From a virus: 64,000 nt of DNA. The stretch's first letter is position 1. The number at the start of each line of letters is the position of its first letter. A program made the position numbers and the translations under genes. Below the pieces are notes generated by a model. It was not told the DNA's origin, made no database searches, and was given only the letters and a program-made list of their open reading frames with translations. The stretch lies in the UHGV virus genome UHGV-1352889. The stretch is one strand, 5' to 3'. Below, in pieces: positions 8,934 through 19,811 of this stretch.

Positions 8934-11900
8934 CTACTTCATCCGATTATGAATTTCCTCTGTACTCAATGCCCCATCAATCGGAATGCTACCCTTCTGC
9001 ATGAGGTTGATAATGAGTTGCTTCTGCTCTTCGATTAGGCGTTTGCCCTCGTCCGTGGTATTAGACTTCTGCAATTCACGGTTGAGCTTCGCGATAGCTT
9101 CACGTCCTGCTTGCGGACTAATGACGTAGGGCATGATGCCCTGCATGGCCGCGCCGTAGGTCTTGGCACTCATACCGGAACTCTCAATCACGGAGTCCAG
9201 AACTTCCGAACGGATGGACGGGTCAAGCATGTTTGTAATTTCCGTAACGAACCGGACACTATTGACTAGCTTGGTGAAATTCTTCACGGCATCCGCGGTT
9301 TCCACGGCTTCCATGAGTTCCACATCCATCCCGGATTCCATTCTCTTGTAGAAGTCCGGACGCAGAATGCTCATTCGCTTCGACTTAGTGACCGCCGCGT
9401 TGGCATTCTTTAACCCGGCGGCAAGGGCTTCGGTCAAATCCTTTGGACGACGGAGACCAGCACCGAACGTTTGCAACAAGTATGCCGCGGTACTCATGTC
9501 AGGTGTATCGCTAGCAAATTGTTTACCAGTCTTGACTGCCCAGCCGTAGAAGGGAATCTTTTTATTGGCAACCGTCGCAACTCGTTCAAGGGCTTGCCAT
9601 GTATGTCCACTGCCAAACGAGGGGTTCAGTCCTGCGGCCAACAGGATTGCGTTGCCGACTGCCGGGAGAACGTTGACGCTTTCATCACCGGAGAGGCTAT
9701 GCTTGTAATTGAAGTCTTCCTCATTAAACAATTCAGAAGCGGCATTCAGAAGGAGGGATTCTTCGAGCACCGTATTTTCCAGCAGGTTTTTCAGTTCGGC
9801 AACCTTGTTCATCCCCCACTTGTCCACATCCATATCCATGAAGAGGCTGGGCAGGGTTTTGGCTAACACCTTGATGGTCTTGAACGGGTTCATGTATTCA
9901 AGGTTCAAATACTCGAACTCATGCCGCTTCATATCTATGATGCCAATCAAGTCCCCGAACTTATCATAGTCAGGAATTAGCCCACTGTCTGCCAGCTTCC
10001 TCATGACTTCCGCGTCGTCAATGATTTTACGGTCATCGTCATCTCCCAAGACACTGGTGATAATCTGTCGGGCAAACAAAGAAGAGACCGCAGAGGTTGC
10101 AGAAATAGTTCCTACGGAACCAGCGGCGCGGAGGATAGCGCGTCCCAAGAGGTAAGCCCCCTCCTTCTTCATGCCGTTATTGATAGCCCACACACCATCT
10201 ACCCCTTCGCCTATGGCGTGGCCAAGGTTGTAGACTACGGACTGGGCGGTATGGTACTGGAACATGAAGAACGGAGCCATAACTATGTTCAGGATTTTCA
10301 CCCACGAAGGAGTACGCGAACCCGTGGGGAGCAAGCTCTTCACCATGTGGGCAGTATACCTATCCACATACGCATTCCAACTCTGGTCAGTCTGGCTCGC
10401 GTCAAGGAGTATCTGGTCCCGCGCATTGGGGTTGGCCTTGCCTTTCGCCCGTGCCAGTTGTACCTTTAATTGGGTGTCGGCAATCGCTCTCTGGTTAGTG
10501 AAGAGAACAATCTTGGCCGCCGCGTCCGGCAAGCCATAGGCGAAGGCCATCGTTTTGATGGGCCATGCTACCACTTTGCCCGCCATCTTGGCGGCATCCT
10601 TAGCCACCTCGCCCTTCGTCCGTTCCTGTTTCTCGTTCAGAGCTTCGGCGAGTTTGAAGAAGGAATCTTCATTCACTTCTTCGAATTCTCCTGCCATCTT
10701 ACTGAACTCGTCAGACTTCCAGACGTTGCGCAGGAACTCCCCTTGACCTGCGTCCAGCAGACCAAGCTCTTGCCAGTAGCGAATCTTCTCGTTGTACCTG
10801 TCTTCCGCGGCCAGCAGTCTATCCGCGGAAGCCTGTGAACCAAGGTCCTTGCCTTTGGACAACCGCCGCAACTTACGCAACTGAAGCCAGTCCCCGACAA
10901 GGTTTGCGATGTCTTTACTCCCCGTGAATGGAAGTGCACCCGCATGGGTCATTTGAGCTACTGTACCATATAAGTTACGTAACGTGGAATTAGGACTAGC
11001 TATTAAGACAGAAAGGTTAGCCAAGCTACCCGCCTTACTCCCCCATCCTTGACCCTTGCCGGACTTCTGCCAGTACTTGCGCACCTTCTTATAGTCGTCC
11101 GTCCGACTGTTCATGATGTCGTCGCTCGGCCTGTAGATGTGATAGATGGCGTCGGCTACATCCTTGTCGGCATATAATCCGTTCAACGCATTCTTCGTAT
11201 TCTTCAAGGAGATTTCCACCATGTCGGGGGTACGGTTCGTGCTAGTCGCGGGTACGACTACACCCTGTGCCTTGAGCACGGTGGCGTACTCGTCAGCAAG
11301 CAACTGGTTCACGGCAATCTTCGACTGCATGGATATGGTATTCTGCAATGTCCCAATGGCATCCCCAATGGTGAGGTCGCTAAGTTCATACATAGCTTTC
11401 CTCTGCCATTCGGGCAAGCGTTTCCGCTGGGCCAGCGCATCTTCATTCGTCCTCTTCTTGGTCAGCACTTCGTCGATGGCCTTCATGGCATCGCTCACCG
11501 CAAGACGGGAGAGTTCCGGATATTGCAACACTTTCAAGTCGGTAGCGGAGATGACGTTGCCCATATTGTTTGCCCTCATGAGAATGCCCGCCTGACCCCG
11601 GAGAAGATTGAGCGTCTTGTCCAGTCGTTCTGCGGCATTCATATTCGGAGCGTTCCATATCTGGTCGATGGCCGAAGTCGGGATAGTGGGGATGGCCTTG
11701 TTCACTTCGGAAGCCACGGATGCCGGGGATTCAAGGCCGCCGATTTTGTCGGCAATCGTGTTTCCCGGAAGGCTGGAGAAGACATCGGCGAGGAAACTAT
11801 CTCTGGCTTTCATGTCCAGAGTTTCTTTCATCTCTGCCATCTTTGACTTCGTGCGATAGTCTGCCTGTGCTATCATGCTCATGGCCTTGTTATACATGGC

Positions 11901-14900
11901 ACTGATGTTGTGGCCGTCCCGCAGGTCCGCAAGCATTTGAACCCTGCCGAAGTTGTTCTGAATGAAGTCAAGAATTTCTCTGGTCCTGTAGTTCTTGGCT
12001 ACACCTTCGAACAGGAGTTTATAATTCGAAGAGGCTCCCGGGGGAGCTGACACCAGCGGAAGTTTCAACTCGTCATGGAACGCGGCCAATGCTTGCATGT
12101 TGTCCAGCACTTGGCTTATGTTTTCGGACAACTCTGTCTGGTGCGCTTCGGCATGAGCGATTGCGGCTTCCTGCAACAACTTCGTCAGGCCATCATACTT
12201 CTGTGCCATCTCCCCGTTGGGATGTGCAATGATGTCCTTCATCGTCCGGGTGAAGTCTCCGGCATGGCGACCTACGGCCATGTAGGTGCGATGAAGATAA
12301 TTCATCTCCGCGGCGTTGTTAGCCATACGGCTATCCCCAATGAGCTTGGCAATAGAGATTTGCGTCGCGGCAATTTCTTTACGGGAATCGGCGATGACAT
12401 TGTAGACCAGTTGACCTACAACCCCTTGTGACAGAAGCCATTGTTCCGCGGCATCCCGCTTAGCCATATACTCTGCCTGTTTCTGACGGCGTGCATCGAG
12501 GATAGCGTTGTCCCGTTTCAGCCACACGGAACCAGCAGGAGTAGTTACGCCAGCACGAGTTACACCCGCTCTCTTTGTTGCAGCGTAGAAATCATCGTTG
12601 GCTTCCCGGATGATTTGTTTAGCTTCGGCCCGTGCCCTAGAGATGTCCTGAATCATAGGAGCAATGGCGGGGTGGTTTGTACTCTCCGCATAGAGGTAGT
12701 CGTTGCGAAGGTTGGACCACCTGTCCAGAAGTTCATCCATAGAGAAGGGACTGTCCACCTCGTTAATCATATCCGCGAGGTAGTTCTGCGTATCGCGGGC
12801 AAGACTAAAGTAGGAGGTTTCCAGATTGGCATCCCCTGTCGCGGAGATACGAGAGCCAAGGTCGGAGAGCGATTTGTGAATCTGCTGGGAGAGCATGGGG
12901 AGAGCCACCGTCTTGTCCAGCATGGCCCCATATCCCTTGACGCTCATGTCTTTAATCCGGCGCATCATGTCATTGATTTCCAATCGCCCTTCACTATTAA
13001 GCGCAAGGGAGTTGGCTAGACGCACCGCTTCCGCGTGCCTATTGACGGCATCGGTAACGGTCTTCTTAGCCAACGCGATACGGAAGTCGCGGGTCTGTTC
13101 GTGCTGGCGAACTTCTGCTTGGGCCTCTGCGTTAATGCGTGCAACGGTTTCAGGGTCAATGTCGTTGTCCATATTCCCCGACATGTCGAGAATGGACTTG
13201 CTCCATTTCTTTCGCGTGGCGGCATCCCAGCCCAGACTATCCGCACGGCGTTGAAGCATATCACCGATTTTGTCGATGCGTTTAATACTGCGCTCGTATG
13301 CCGCATTCACGTTGGTCCTTTGTTCCAGCACAATCAGCTTCTGTTCCTCGGACTTAACATTGATGCCAGCTTTGTCCCAGCCCTTAGACACGCCTTGCCA
13401 TACGTTCTTAACACTAGTCACCCAGTTCCCGGCATTCGTACCGATAATCTCTGCACCCAGACCGAAGGACAGTCTTTGGGTCATGTCGGTCTCATAGGCC
13501 AACGGGTTGAAATAATCTACCTCATGGCTCATGGTGTAGTCCGTATCGTCTACTTTCCATGATGGGGTGCGAGGCATATCGAACCACTTGCCGGGGGTTA
13601 TGTCCGCGACGCGGTCCACATAGGAATCCCATTCAGCCGCATTCTTGGCGGCGGTGGTTCCGTCCATGTCGTCCGCAGTTTGCCGCACATCTCTAATCAA
13701 ATCCTTAAGCCATTCAATGAGGCGCACGTGAACGGGTCTCCTGCCCCCAGCCGCTTCGGCATAGCGAGCCAAATCCGTGAGGGTTACATTGTCTCCGCTC
13801 ACCTCCGCAATCATGAAGTTCATGACAGGATTGGAGAACGCAACACTGGCAAATTCGTCCGGGCCACGGAGACCATAGTTGAGGTCGGAGGCAAGCGCGG
13901 CGATGGCATTCATCTCATTGATGTCCACGCTAGCTTCATACATAGCGGTGAGGCTATCAATGAATTGATTATAGTTCTCCGCAACTGCGCTTCTAATCTT
14001 GTCCATCCGCTGGGAGTAGTCCGCGTTAGTGGCACGAAGATGACGGTCAATGAGGTGGATGGCCTCATGCAGTACTGTTCCCGTTACGCTCTCAATCGCA
14101 TTGTCCCGGTCCATGTACAGGTCAATGACACCACCGACAAGCTTCCCGTCTGTTCCGTTCATGTAGGTGATACTGGCGGGGGAGGCTATATTGGCAGGAG
14201 CATTGGTGGCTCGGATAGCCACGTCCAAACCAGCGGCATGCAATGCGCGGAGCACTCCGTCAATGGCCGCGGCCTGTGCAGGAGATGCCTTGACGCGAAG
14301 GTCCGAAAGGATGCCGTAGGCATTTACGCCCGTCCCGTCAGAGGGGAGATTGAGAGCGGAGACCCTATCCCCCCACTTGGTGCTGGGTGTCCCTCCCTCG
14401 CCCATGTTGTACATGCTTGCGTGCGGAGAGACGACAATGGTTTCTCCCGTGTTGCTCGTAACCAGCGGGGCATTAATCCCGGTCATCTCGTTCAAGGAGA
14501 CGAGCTTGGTTCCGCGGTCAAGAGGTGAACCGGATGAAAGCCATGCCCCAGTGTTGGGGTCGAACGAAGTAATGGCGGCATCCAAGGTATCCACGGTTTC
14601 CACGGCTTCGGGGGTAACTACTCCCGTATCTACCATGTTAGTGACGGAGGCAATGGCTTGGTCCCTCTCCTTCCGTGCCGTGAGTTCCGGGGATTCCGTG
14701 GTAGCCGTGGGTTCCGTGGGCACCGGGGATTCCTTGGTAGCCGCGGCTTCCGTCAATCCGTTAATAACGTTAATGGCGGCATCGAGGTCTTCATCTCCTG
14801 TAGTAAGGATGGACAGGTCATCGTCTACTTCGATAACCTGAACCCGGTCTCCCATAGCATCAAGGGCTTCCGAAAGCATGGTGCGCATGGTGTCGAGGTT

Positions 14901-17900
14901 TTCCTTATTTGGGAATGACAGGGTATTGGGCAGGTCGTTAATGGCTTCTGCCATGAATGAGCTTGCCGCGGCACTGCCCTCGTAGGTATATATTTCGGAG
15001 GCCCGTTCCACTAGGTTGCGGAACTGGGTGAAATTGCTGATGCCCATACGGGTTGCGCCTTCCACCCATGCCTTCCGGGTTTCGTCGGAGACAACCAGAC
15101 TTTCATGGGCAATGGATTTGTCCACCCATTCGCGGGCAACTTCCGCGGCATCCCCCTTCTCCCCGGCAATCTCGATAACCTTCTTTCCGGTTTCTACCAA
15201 GCTTTCCGGCACATTGTTTTTGGTAATGGCTTTGCCCGTTTCCTCGATGATGTTGCTCGCATCTTTCGTAATATCCGGTAGCATGGAAGTAGCATCCTTT
15301 ACATCAAGGGTGGGAACGGCTTCGGTTTGGAAACGTATGTTCCCTTCCCCAGCTAACTGGCTACCAACGTAGCCGCCGATACCCCCAAGGAAAGCAATCT
15401 TTATAGCACCGCTAATCACTTGGTCAGTAGTGGCAATAGAGGATTCGGAGATTTCTCCGTTCTTCACCAGTTCAGTAAATGCCCATTCTTGGAATTCGTC
15501 TGCCAGTTCTTCGGTGGCTCCTTCCACTGCGGCCTTGCTCGTGCTGTACAGATAGGAAGCAACGGAAAGCGTCTTCTCCTTGGTAGTCATTTCAGACCAC
15601 GGCTTGCTTCTCCATCTGGCCATCTTCTGTTCAAGGGTTTGGAATGGAGATTGACCGCGAAGGTTTTTAGCTCCAACAATCTTACGCATGTAGGAATCCA
15701 CACCTGCGCGGTTGTTGATAAGCGTACTGCCAGCGGAGACCAGAGCCGCACCAAAGAGGGCACGCCTACTGGCAATGCTCTGTGCCCGGTTCGTGTTCTC
15801 GGCAGTCGGTTCCTTCCCTTCCATCTCCCTGTCATAAATGGTATAGAAGATGTCGGAGTAAGCATTCGGTGCAACCTGCGAGATGATGGTAAGGTTTACC
15901 CCAGCACCAGCTCCCGCCCTTTCAAGGCTCAAGGCCGCAAGGTTATTAAGGTTACGCTGAATAGTTCCACTCAAACGTCCCGCCAATCCCGGACGGGCGG
16001 CAGGGACCAAAGCTTCTGCCCGCTTCGCTACGACGTTAGCCGTTGCCCTCGCGAACTTGGTCAGAGCGGTACGTTCCAATGCGCGGCCAGCAAGGCCACC
16101 GATTTTACCAGCCCCCGCGGTTGCCACCATTTGGTAGCCGAGGTTAGCGATTTCCGCAGTATAGTCTGCAAGGATGTTGCCTCGAACAAGTTCAGCTTCC
16201 GCTTCCTGTTTTTTGTTCAGCTGGTCCCAGAGGGTGCGGGTATGTTCCATCGCCGCACGACTGCCGACTGCATTCTGCGCAAAGAGAAGAGCACCATAGG
16301 CGGCCCCTGTCCCAAGGTCGATGGCTTTGTGCGTGCCTATCTGGAACCCACGGAGAATAGGATTGATGTGAGCCTGTCCTTTCTCCTGCCACGCGGAGAG
16401 AATGTCCTCGTCGCTCTTGCCCGCTTCCTTCTGTTCATTGTAGAAATTCTTGAAGGAAAGGTACTTGTCCAGATACTTCATGCTTTCGGTCCAGATAGGG
16501 TAGACCCGCATGCCGAAACCAAGCCACGTATCATGGAGCGTTCCCAGCGTTTCATCTAATGCAATGTTGTCCTTCACAAGTTCCTGTGCGGATTTCGTGC
16601 GGAGGTTCTGGAACTTTTCAATGGTGCGATTAATGAGACCTTCGTCCGCGCCGCTAGCACGGAGAGCCTCAATGCTCTTGTCCATCAGCTTGTTGTCGTA
16701 GAGAGCATTGGGGTTCAGTTCGAGAGTGGCGTTCGTATCAACTTCCTTGGTGTGCGGGTTGTACGCAAAGAGACTGCCACGGCCTACGCCCAAGTCACCC
16801 ATACGTGCGGCATGGGAGAGGGAGTTGAGGGCATCGCGAGTATTTTCAATATGGTATTGGGCCATGTATTCCTTCAACCGTTCGGGACCTACATCAAAAG
16901 AGGGACCCCCCAGTACGCCATACTCCCATGTGCCACGCCTCGTTCCCTTTCTCCACTCCATTGTACTTAATGGGTCAGAGGTCTTGCCCACACTATCTCC
17001 CGGCTGGAGGGTAAGCACATCCGCAATTTGTCCCCCCGTGCTTCGGTAGTTAGCCATTGCGCCCTTGACCGCATCCATGAGAGTGCCTCTCGGCGTAGCC
17101 TTGGCGACATAACCCTGAATCAGATTGGTTACTCCCGCTTGGTACAGGATGGATTTGGGAACCCCCGGAAACCTTGTAGCCACGGCTTCCAGTATAGCCT
17201 CACTCATGCCAATCTGTTCATCGGTCTCGAAGGTCAGGGGGCGGTCCTTCTTGCGACGAAGGTCCTTGGCAAGAACTTTGGCCCTTGCACGTATTGCGTC
17301 CATGTCAGCATTGGGGACTAAAGACAGAAGGGTAGAGGCCGCGGCTTCCGGATTGAGAATCGCGTCGCGAAGTTCGAGGTAGGGAAGGCCAGTGTAGTCT
17401 TCTTCGAGCCGACGTACCATTTTGTCTGCCGCCTCTATCTGTTCACGAATCCTATCCTCAACAGGCTTTTCTTTCTTTGAAGTTTGATGCCTGGGGATAT
17501 AGATATCACCGTTCCGGGAAAGGTAATCCCCGTAGTCGCGGACAAGCCGGAACATTTTGCTGGGAGACTTAGAGAGGTTGGCGAGTTCAGCAAAAACATT
17601 CCCAGTAAATGAAGGTGCTGAATCAGAGAATTCGCCAACGCCAAGCTCCCCCACGTTCGTCTGGCTGGGGGTTTTCTTCTGCACGTTCTCCGTCGAAGCG
17701 GCTCGGTGCTTATTATAGAGAGACTTAGCGGCACGATAGTTGTCAATGTCTTCGCGCCTAATCGTATTGATGATGCTTTCTATTTCCTCCGCAGTGTAAG
17801 CAATGGGTGCGCTCTCGATGGCTTCTGCTTTAGGTTTACCTGAATAATCTAGATGCGAGTTGAGGTAATCCTTCCGGGCCTTTTCCATTGTGCTGGCAAT

Positions 17901-18578
17901 GGATTTGGCCACCGCCTTTGCGTTACGGTTTCTGTCCGCGGCAATGGCGAGGAACTTTTCCGTTACGACGGGGTTCCCGTCCTCTCCCATGCCGAAGCCA
18001 AAGCGGGATAAGAATGCGGGTTGCTGGGGAGAAAGTTCGGAGGAAGAGACTGCGACGATGCCCGTGTTATTCGTAAGCTTTTTAATGGCGTCACTATCAC
18101 CACGAGCGGCGGCCTTCAAATCAACCCGCGCATCTTCTCCGCTGTCTAGGTAGTTCTTTATGTAGTCGATTCCCTCAAAGGTGAACCCACGGTTTCCTTT
18201 GTTCAAGACATCAACGTCAGCCTTTTCCGCGGCGGTTTTCCATTGTTGTTCCGTATGGGCGCGGGTTTTTGTTTCCCATTCTACGTTACGTGCGCGGTCT
18301 GCCTGTTCAATCTGTTTCTTCTGAAAGTCCTCAATGGACTTAGAGACATAGTCATCAAACTCCGCGGTAGCTCCTGCGGCTTTCTCCGCGTGGGTCTGTT
18401 TCTTTTCCGCTAACCTTTGCTCGCGGTCTAGTGCTTTCTGTGCTCTGTCTTCCTGTTTCTGTTTTTGCGTCTCTTGCCACGTGGCGTGCCTTTCTGCGGC
18501 TCGCTGTTCACGCGCGATACTGCTTGCCGACGTCGGAGCGAAGTCGGACATATTGGCGGTACTAAAGTCAATGGCCAT
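8934..18578 (-). CDS. giant multidomain virion-associated protein (3214 aa)
   Basis: Uninterrupted 9.6-kb ORF; coiled-coil/Ala-rich N-terminus; HExxH (VLHEAIHLI) mid-protein; no canonical RNAP DxDGD motif found by eye. Confidence 0.8.
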   Translation of the reverse strand: MAIDFSTANMSDFAPTSASSIAREQRAAERHATWQETQKQKQEDRAQKALDREQRLAEKKQTHAEKAAGATAEFDDYVSKSIEDFQKKQIEQADRARNVEWETKTRAHTEQQWKTAAEKADVDVLNKGNRGFTFEGIDYIKNYLDSGEDARVDLKAAARGDSDAIKKLTNNTGIVAVSSSELSPQQPAFLSRFGFGMGEDGNPVVTEKFLAIAADRNRNAKAVAKSIASTMEKARKDYLNSHLDYSGKPKAEAIESAPIAYTAEEIESIINTIRREDIDNYRAAKSLYNKHRAASTENVQKKTPSQTNVGELGVGEFSDSAPSFTGNVFAELANLSKSPSKMFRLVRDYGDYLSRNGDIYIPRHQTSKKEKPVEDRIREQIEAADKMVRRLEEDYTGLPYLELRDAILNPEAAASTLLSLVPNADMDAIRARAKVLAKDLRRKKDRPLTFETDEQIGMSEAILEAVATRFPGVPKSILYQAGVTNLIQGYVAKATPRGTLMDAVKGAMANYRSTGGQIADVLTLQPGDSVGKTSDPLSTMEWRKGTRRGTWEYGVLGGPSFDVGPERLKEYMAQYHIENTRDALNSLSHAARMGDLGVGRGSLFAYNPHTKEVDTNATLELNPNALYDNKLMDKSIEALRASGADEGLINRTIEKFQNLRTKSAQELVKDNIALDETLGTLHDTWLGFGMRVYPIWTESMKYLDKYLSFKNFYNEQKEAGKSDEDILSAWQEKGQAHINPILRGFQIGTHKAIDLGTGAAYGALLFAQNAVGSRAAMEHTRTLWDQLNKKQEAEAELVRGNILADYTAEIANLGYQMVATAGAGKIGGLAGRALERTALTKFARATANVVAKRAEALVPAARPGLAGRLSGTIQRNLNNLAALSLERAGAGAGVNLTIISQVAPNAYSDIFYTIYDREMEGKEPTAENTNRAQSIASRRALFGAALVSAGSTLINNRAGVDSYMRKIVGAKNLRGQSPFQTLEQKMARWRSKPWSEMTTKEKTLSVASYLYSTSKAAVEGATEELADEFQEWAFTELVKNGEISESSIATTDQVISGAIKIAFLGGIGGYVGSQLAGEGNIRFQTEAVPTLDVKDATSMLPDITKDASNIIEETGKAITKNNVPESLVETGKKVIEIAGEKGDAAEVAREWVDKSIAHESLVVSDETRKAWVEGATRMGISNFTQFRNLVERASEIYTYEGSAAASSFMAEAINDLPNTLSFPNKENLDTMRTMLSEALDAMGDRVQVIEVDDDLSILTTGDEDLDAAINVINGLTEAAATKESPVPTEPTATTESPELTARKERDQAIASVTNMVDTGVVTPEAVETVDTLDAAITSFDPNTGAWLSSGSPLDRGTKLVSLNEMTGINAPLVTSNTGETIVVSPHASMYNMGEGGTPSTKWGDRVSALNLPSDGTGVNAYGILSDLRVKASPAQAAAIDGVLRALHAAGLDVAIRATNAPANIASPASITYMNGTDGKLVGGVIDLYMDRDNAIESVTGTVLHEAIHLIDRHLRATNADYSQRMDKIRSAVAENYNQFIDSLTAMYEASVDINEMNAIAALASDLNYGLRGPDEFASVAFSNPVMNFMIAEVSGDNVTLTDLARYAEAAGGRRPVHVRLIEWLKDLIRDVRQTADDMDGTTAAKNAAEWDSYVDRVADITPGKWFDMPRTPSWKVDDTDYTMSHEVDYFNPLAYETDMTQRLSFGLGAEIIGTNAGNWVTSVKNVWQGVSKGWDKAGINVKSEEQKLIVLEQRTNVNAAYERSIKRIDKIGDMLQRRADSLGWDAATRKKWSKSILDMSGNMDNDIDPETVARINAEAQAEVRQHEQTRDFRIALAKKTVTDAVNRHAEAVRLANSLALNSEGRLEINDMMRRIKDMSVKGYGAMLDKTVALPMLSQQIHKSLSDLGSRISATGDANLETSYFSLARDTQNYLADMINEVDSPFSMDELLDRWSNLRNDYLYAESTNHPAIAPMIQDISRARAEAKQIIREANDDFYAATKRAGVTRAGVTTPAGSVWLKRDNAILDARRQKQAEYMAKRDAAEQWLLSQGVVGQLVYNVIADSRKEIAATQISIAKLIGDSRMANNAAEMNYLHRTYMAVGRHAGDFTRTMKDIIAHPNGEMAQKYDGLTKLLQEAAIAHAEAHQTELSENISQVLDNMQALAAFHDELKLPLVSAPPGASSNYKLLFEGVAKNYRTREILDFIQNNFGRVQMLADLRDGHNISAMYNKAMSMIAQADYRTKSKMAEMKETLDMKARDSFLADVFSSLPGNTIADKIGGLESPASVASEVNKAIPTIPTSAIDQIWNAPNMNAAERLDKTLNLLRGQAGILMRANNMGNVISATDLKVLQYPELSRLAVSDAMKAIDEVLTKKRTNEDALAQRKRLPEWQRKAMYELSDLTIGDAIGTLQNTISMQSKIAVNQLLADEYATVLKAQGVVVPATSTNRTPDMVEISLKNTKNALNGLYADKDVADAIYHIYRPSDDIMNSRTDDYKKVRKYWQKSGKGQGWGSKAGSLANLSVLIASPNSTLRNLYGTVAQMTHAGALPFTGSKDIANLVGDWLQLRKLRRLSKGKDLGSQASADRLLAAEDRYNEKIRYWQELGLLDAGQGEFLRNVWKSDEFSKMAGEFEEVNEDSFFKLAEALNEKQERTKGEVAKDAAKMAGKVVAWPIKTMAFAYGLPDAAAKIVLFTNQRAIADTQLKVQLARAKGKANPNARDQILLDASQTDQSWNAYVDRYTAHMVKSLLPTGSRTPSWVKILNIVMAPFFMFQYHTAQSVVYNLGHAIGEGVDGVWAINNGMKKEGAYLLGRAILRAAGSVGTISATSAVSSLFARQIITSVLGDDDDRKIIDDAEVMRKLADSGLIPDYDKFGDLIGIIDMKRHEFEYLNLEYMNPFKTIKVLAKTLPSLFMDMDVDKWGMNKVAELKNLLENTVLEESLLLNAASELFNEEDFNYKHSLSGDESVNVLPAVGNAILLAAGLNPSFGSGHTWQALERVATVANKKIPFYGWAVKTGKQFASDTPDMSTAAYLLQTFGAGLRRPKDLTEALAAGLKNANAAVTKSKRMSILRPDFYKRMESGMDVELMEAVETADAVKNFTKLVNSVRFVTEITNMLDPSIRSEVLDSVIESSGMSAKTYGAAMQGIMPYVISPQAGREAIAKLNRELQKSNTTDEGKRLIEEQKQLIINLMQKGSIPIDGALSTEEIHNRMK

Positions 18579-18606
18579 GTTTGTTGAGTGTTAGTCTAAT
18601 AAGTTT

Positions 18607-18649
18607 GCCCCACTCATGTGGGTCTTCAACATCCTATCATGAGTGGGGC
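18607..18649. promoter_or_regulatory. perfect 12-bp inverted repeat hairpin (GCCCCACTCATG…CATGAGTGGGGC)
   Basis: 12/12 complementary arms with 19-nt loop in the 103-nt gap between the tail-gene cluster and the giant gene. Confidence 0.5.
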
Positions 18650-18681
18650 GAGGGTCAAGTGAAATATCAACTATGACAAAT

Positions 18682-19809
18682 TTATTTTCGGAATTCCAAA
18701 TGGGCGAACTCCGGACCTTGCATCAGTTCGGTATATAGCGCGAGCCTTGCTTGCGGGTCTTTCTTCTGTAGGGCTTGATACTGCGCGTACTGCCGCGCAA
18801 AGCGGGGGTCTCGGATGTTGAGCCGATTCCTGAACATGTTGCGCAGTTCCTGTTTTTTAGCCCGTTCCAGCTTTTCAAGGAGTTTAATTTCCTTGCCATA
18901 CTTTTCCGGCTGGGCGTACATGGTTCGGACCTTGAGGTATGTTCCTGCCTGTGCTCTAGCTTCTGGGCTGGCCGTGTTGTCCTGTAGGGTTCGAAGCATG
19001 TACTCGGCAGTCCCGCCACCGGGACTGTTGGAAGTATCCACGGCGGGCGCACTTGTGGTTGAACTTCTCGTGGGAATGGGAGTATTGCCAGAGGGCAGTG
19101 CGTTTGTGGAGCGTGCGGAGGGAGACGGAGCAGAACCTTTCGGTAATGCCGCCGTGGTAGCGGCTGGTGCATTCTTGGTCACCATCTCGGCGTACTTGCT
19201 ATATATGGCTTCCTGCCGTTCCTTCGGCATAGACTGGAATACCTTGTACCCTTCCGAACCGAGTTTATCTTGCAGATATTTTTGAGCCGCTTCCGTCGTT
19301 CCCGTGGGACGTCCGGTTGCCGTGGATGCCGTGGATGCCGTGGGACGTCCGGTTGCCGTGGGAACCACGGATGCCACAGGAGAGATGGTGGGCATCAATC
19401 CCCTGCTCACATTCTGGTCAACTCCCCGAAGCATGAGCCTGTCCTCCGCAGAGAGTTTCCCCGCCGCGGCTTGTTGCATGCCAGCCCGGAACGCCGCTTG
19501 TTGCCGCGCGGCGTAGCTTGCGCTATTGGGGTCAACCGCGCCCGGCACTGCTGGTTCCGTAATCCCCCGCCCGTAGGGACTGGCGGGAGGATTCTTAATC
19601 CCGTGGTTGCTATTGGCCGCGGCGATGGTGTTCATCTCCTTCGCGTCGATAGGCTTGTTCGGGTCGTTGTTATTCATGGGACGGAGAGGGATGTTGGGAT
19701 TCGACTTCGGAAGCACCTCGTCCATCGTCTTCTGTTTGAGAGACTTGGCGGCGGGGATACCCCCGCTCGCGTTCATCTCACTCGATATGTCAGTCTTTTT
19801 GGTCGGCAT
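18682..19809 (-). CDS. low-complexity Ala/Thr/Pro/Ser-rich protein with internal tandem repeats (375 aa)
   Basis: TATGRPTASTAS/TATGRPTGTTEA peptide repeat encoded by DNA tandem repeat at 19304-19380. Confidence 0.55.
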   Translation of the reverse strand: MPTKKTDISSEMNASGGIPAAKSLKQKTMDEVLPKSNPNIPLRPMNNNDPNKPIDAKEMNTIAAANSNHGIKNPPASPYGRGITEPAVPGAVDPNSASYAARQQAAFRAGMQQAAAGKLSAEDRLMLRGVDQNVSRGLMPTISPVASVVPTATGRPTASTASTATGRPTGTTEAAQKYLQDKLGSEGYKVFQSMPKERQEAIYSKYAEMVTKNAPAATTAALPKGSAPSPSARSTNALPSGNTPIPTRSSTTSAPAVDTSNSPGGGTAEYMLRTLQDNTASPEARAQAGTYLKVRTMYAQPEKYGKEIKLLEKLERAKKQELRNMFRNRLNIRDPRFARQYAQYQALQKKDPQARLALYTELMQGPEFAHLEFRK

Positions 19810-19811
19810 AA

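Noticed and set aside
9163-18153. Dozens of plus-strand ORFs (60-379 aa, e.g. 15420..16559, 13680..14528) inside the giant gene
   Set aside because: All lie antisense within one uninterrupted 9.6-kb minus ORF; Arg/Ser/Gly-rich shadow-frame composition
8934-18578. Virion RNA polymerase catalytic motif (DxDGD) in the giant protein
   Set aside because: Every GD in the translation was inspected; none forms DxDGD/NADFDGD, so RNAP identity is not claimed
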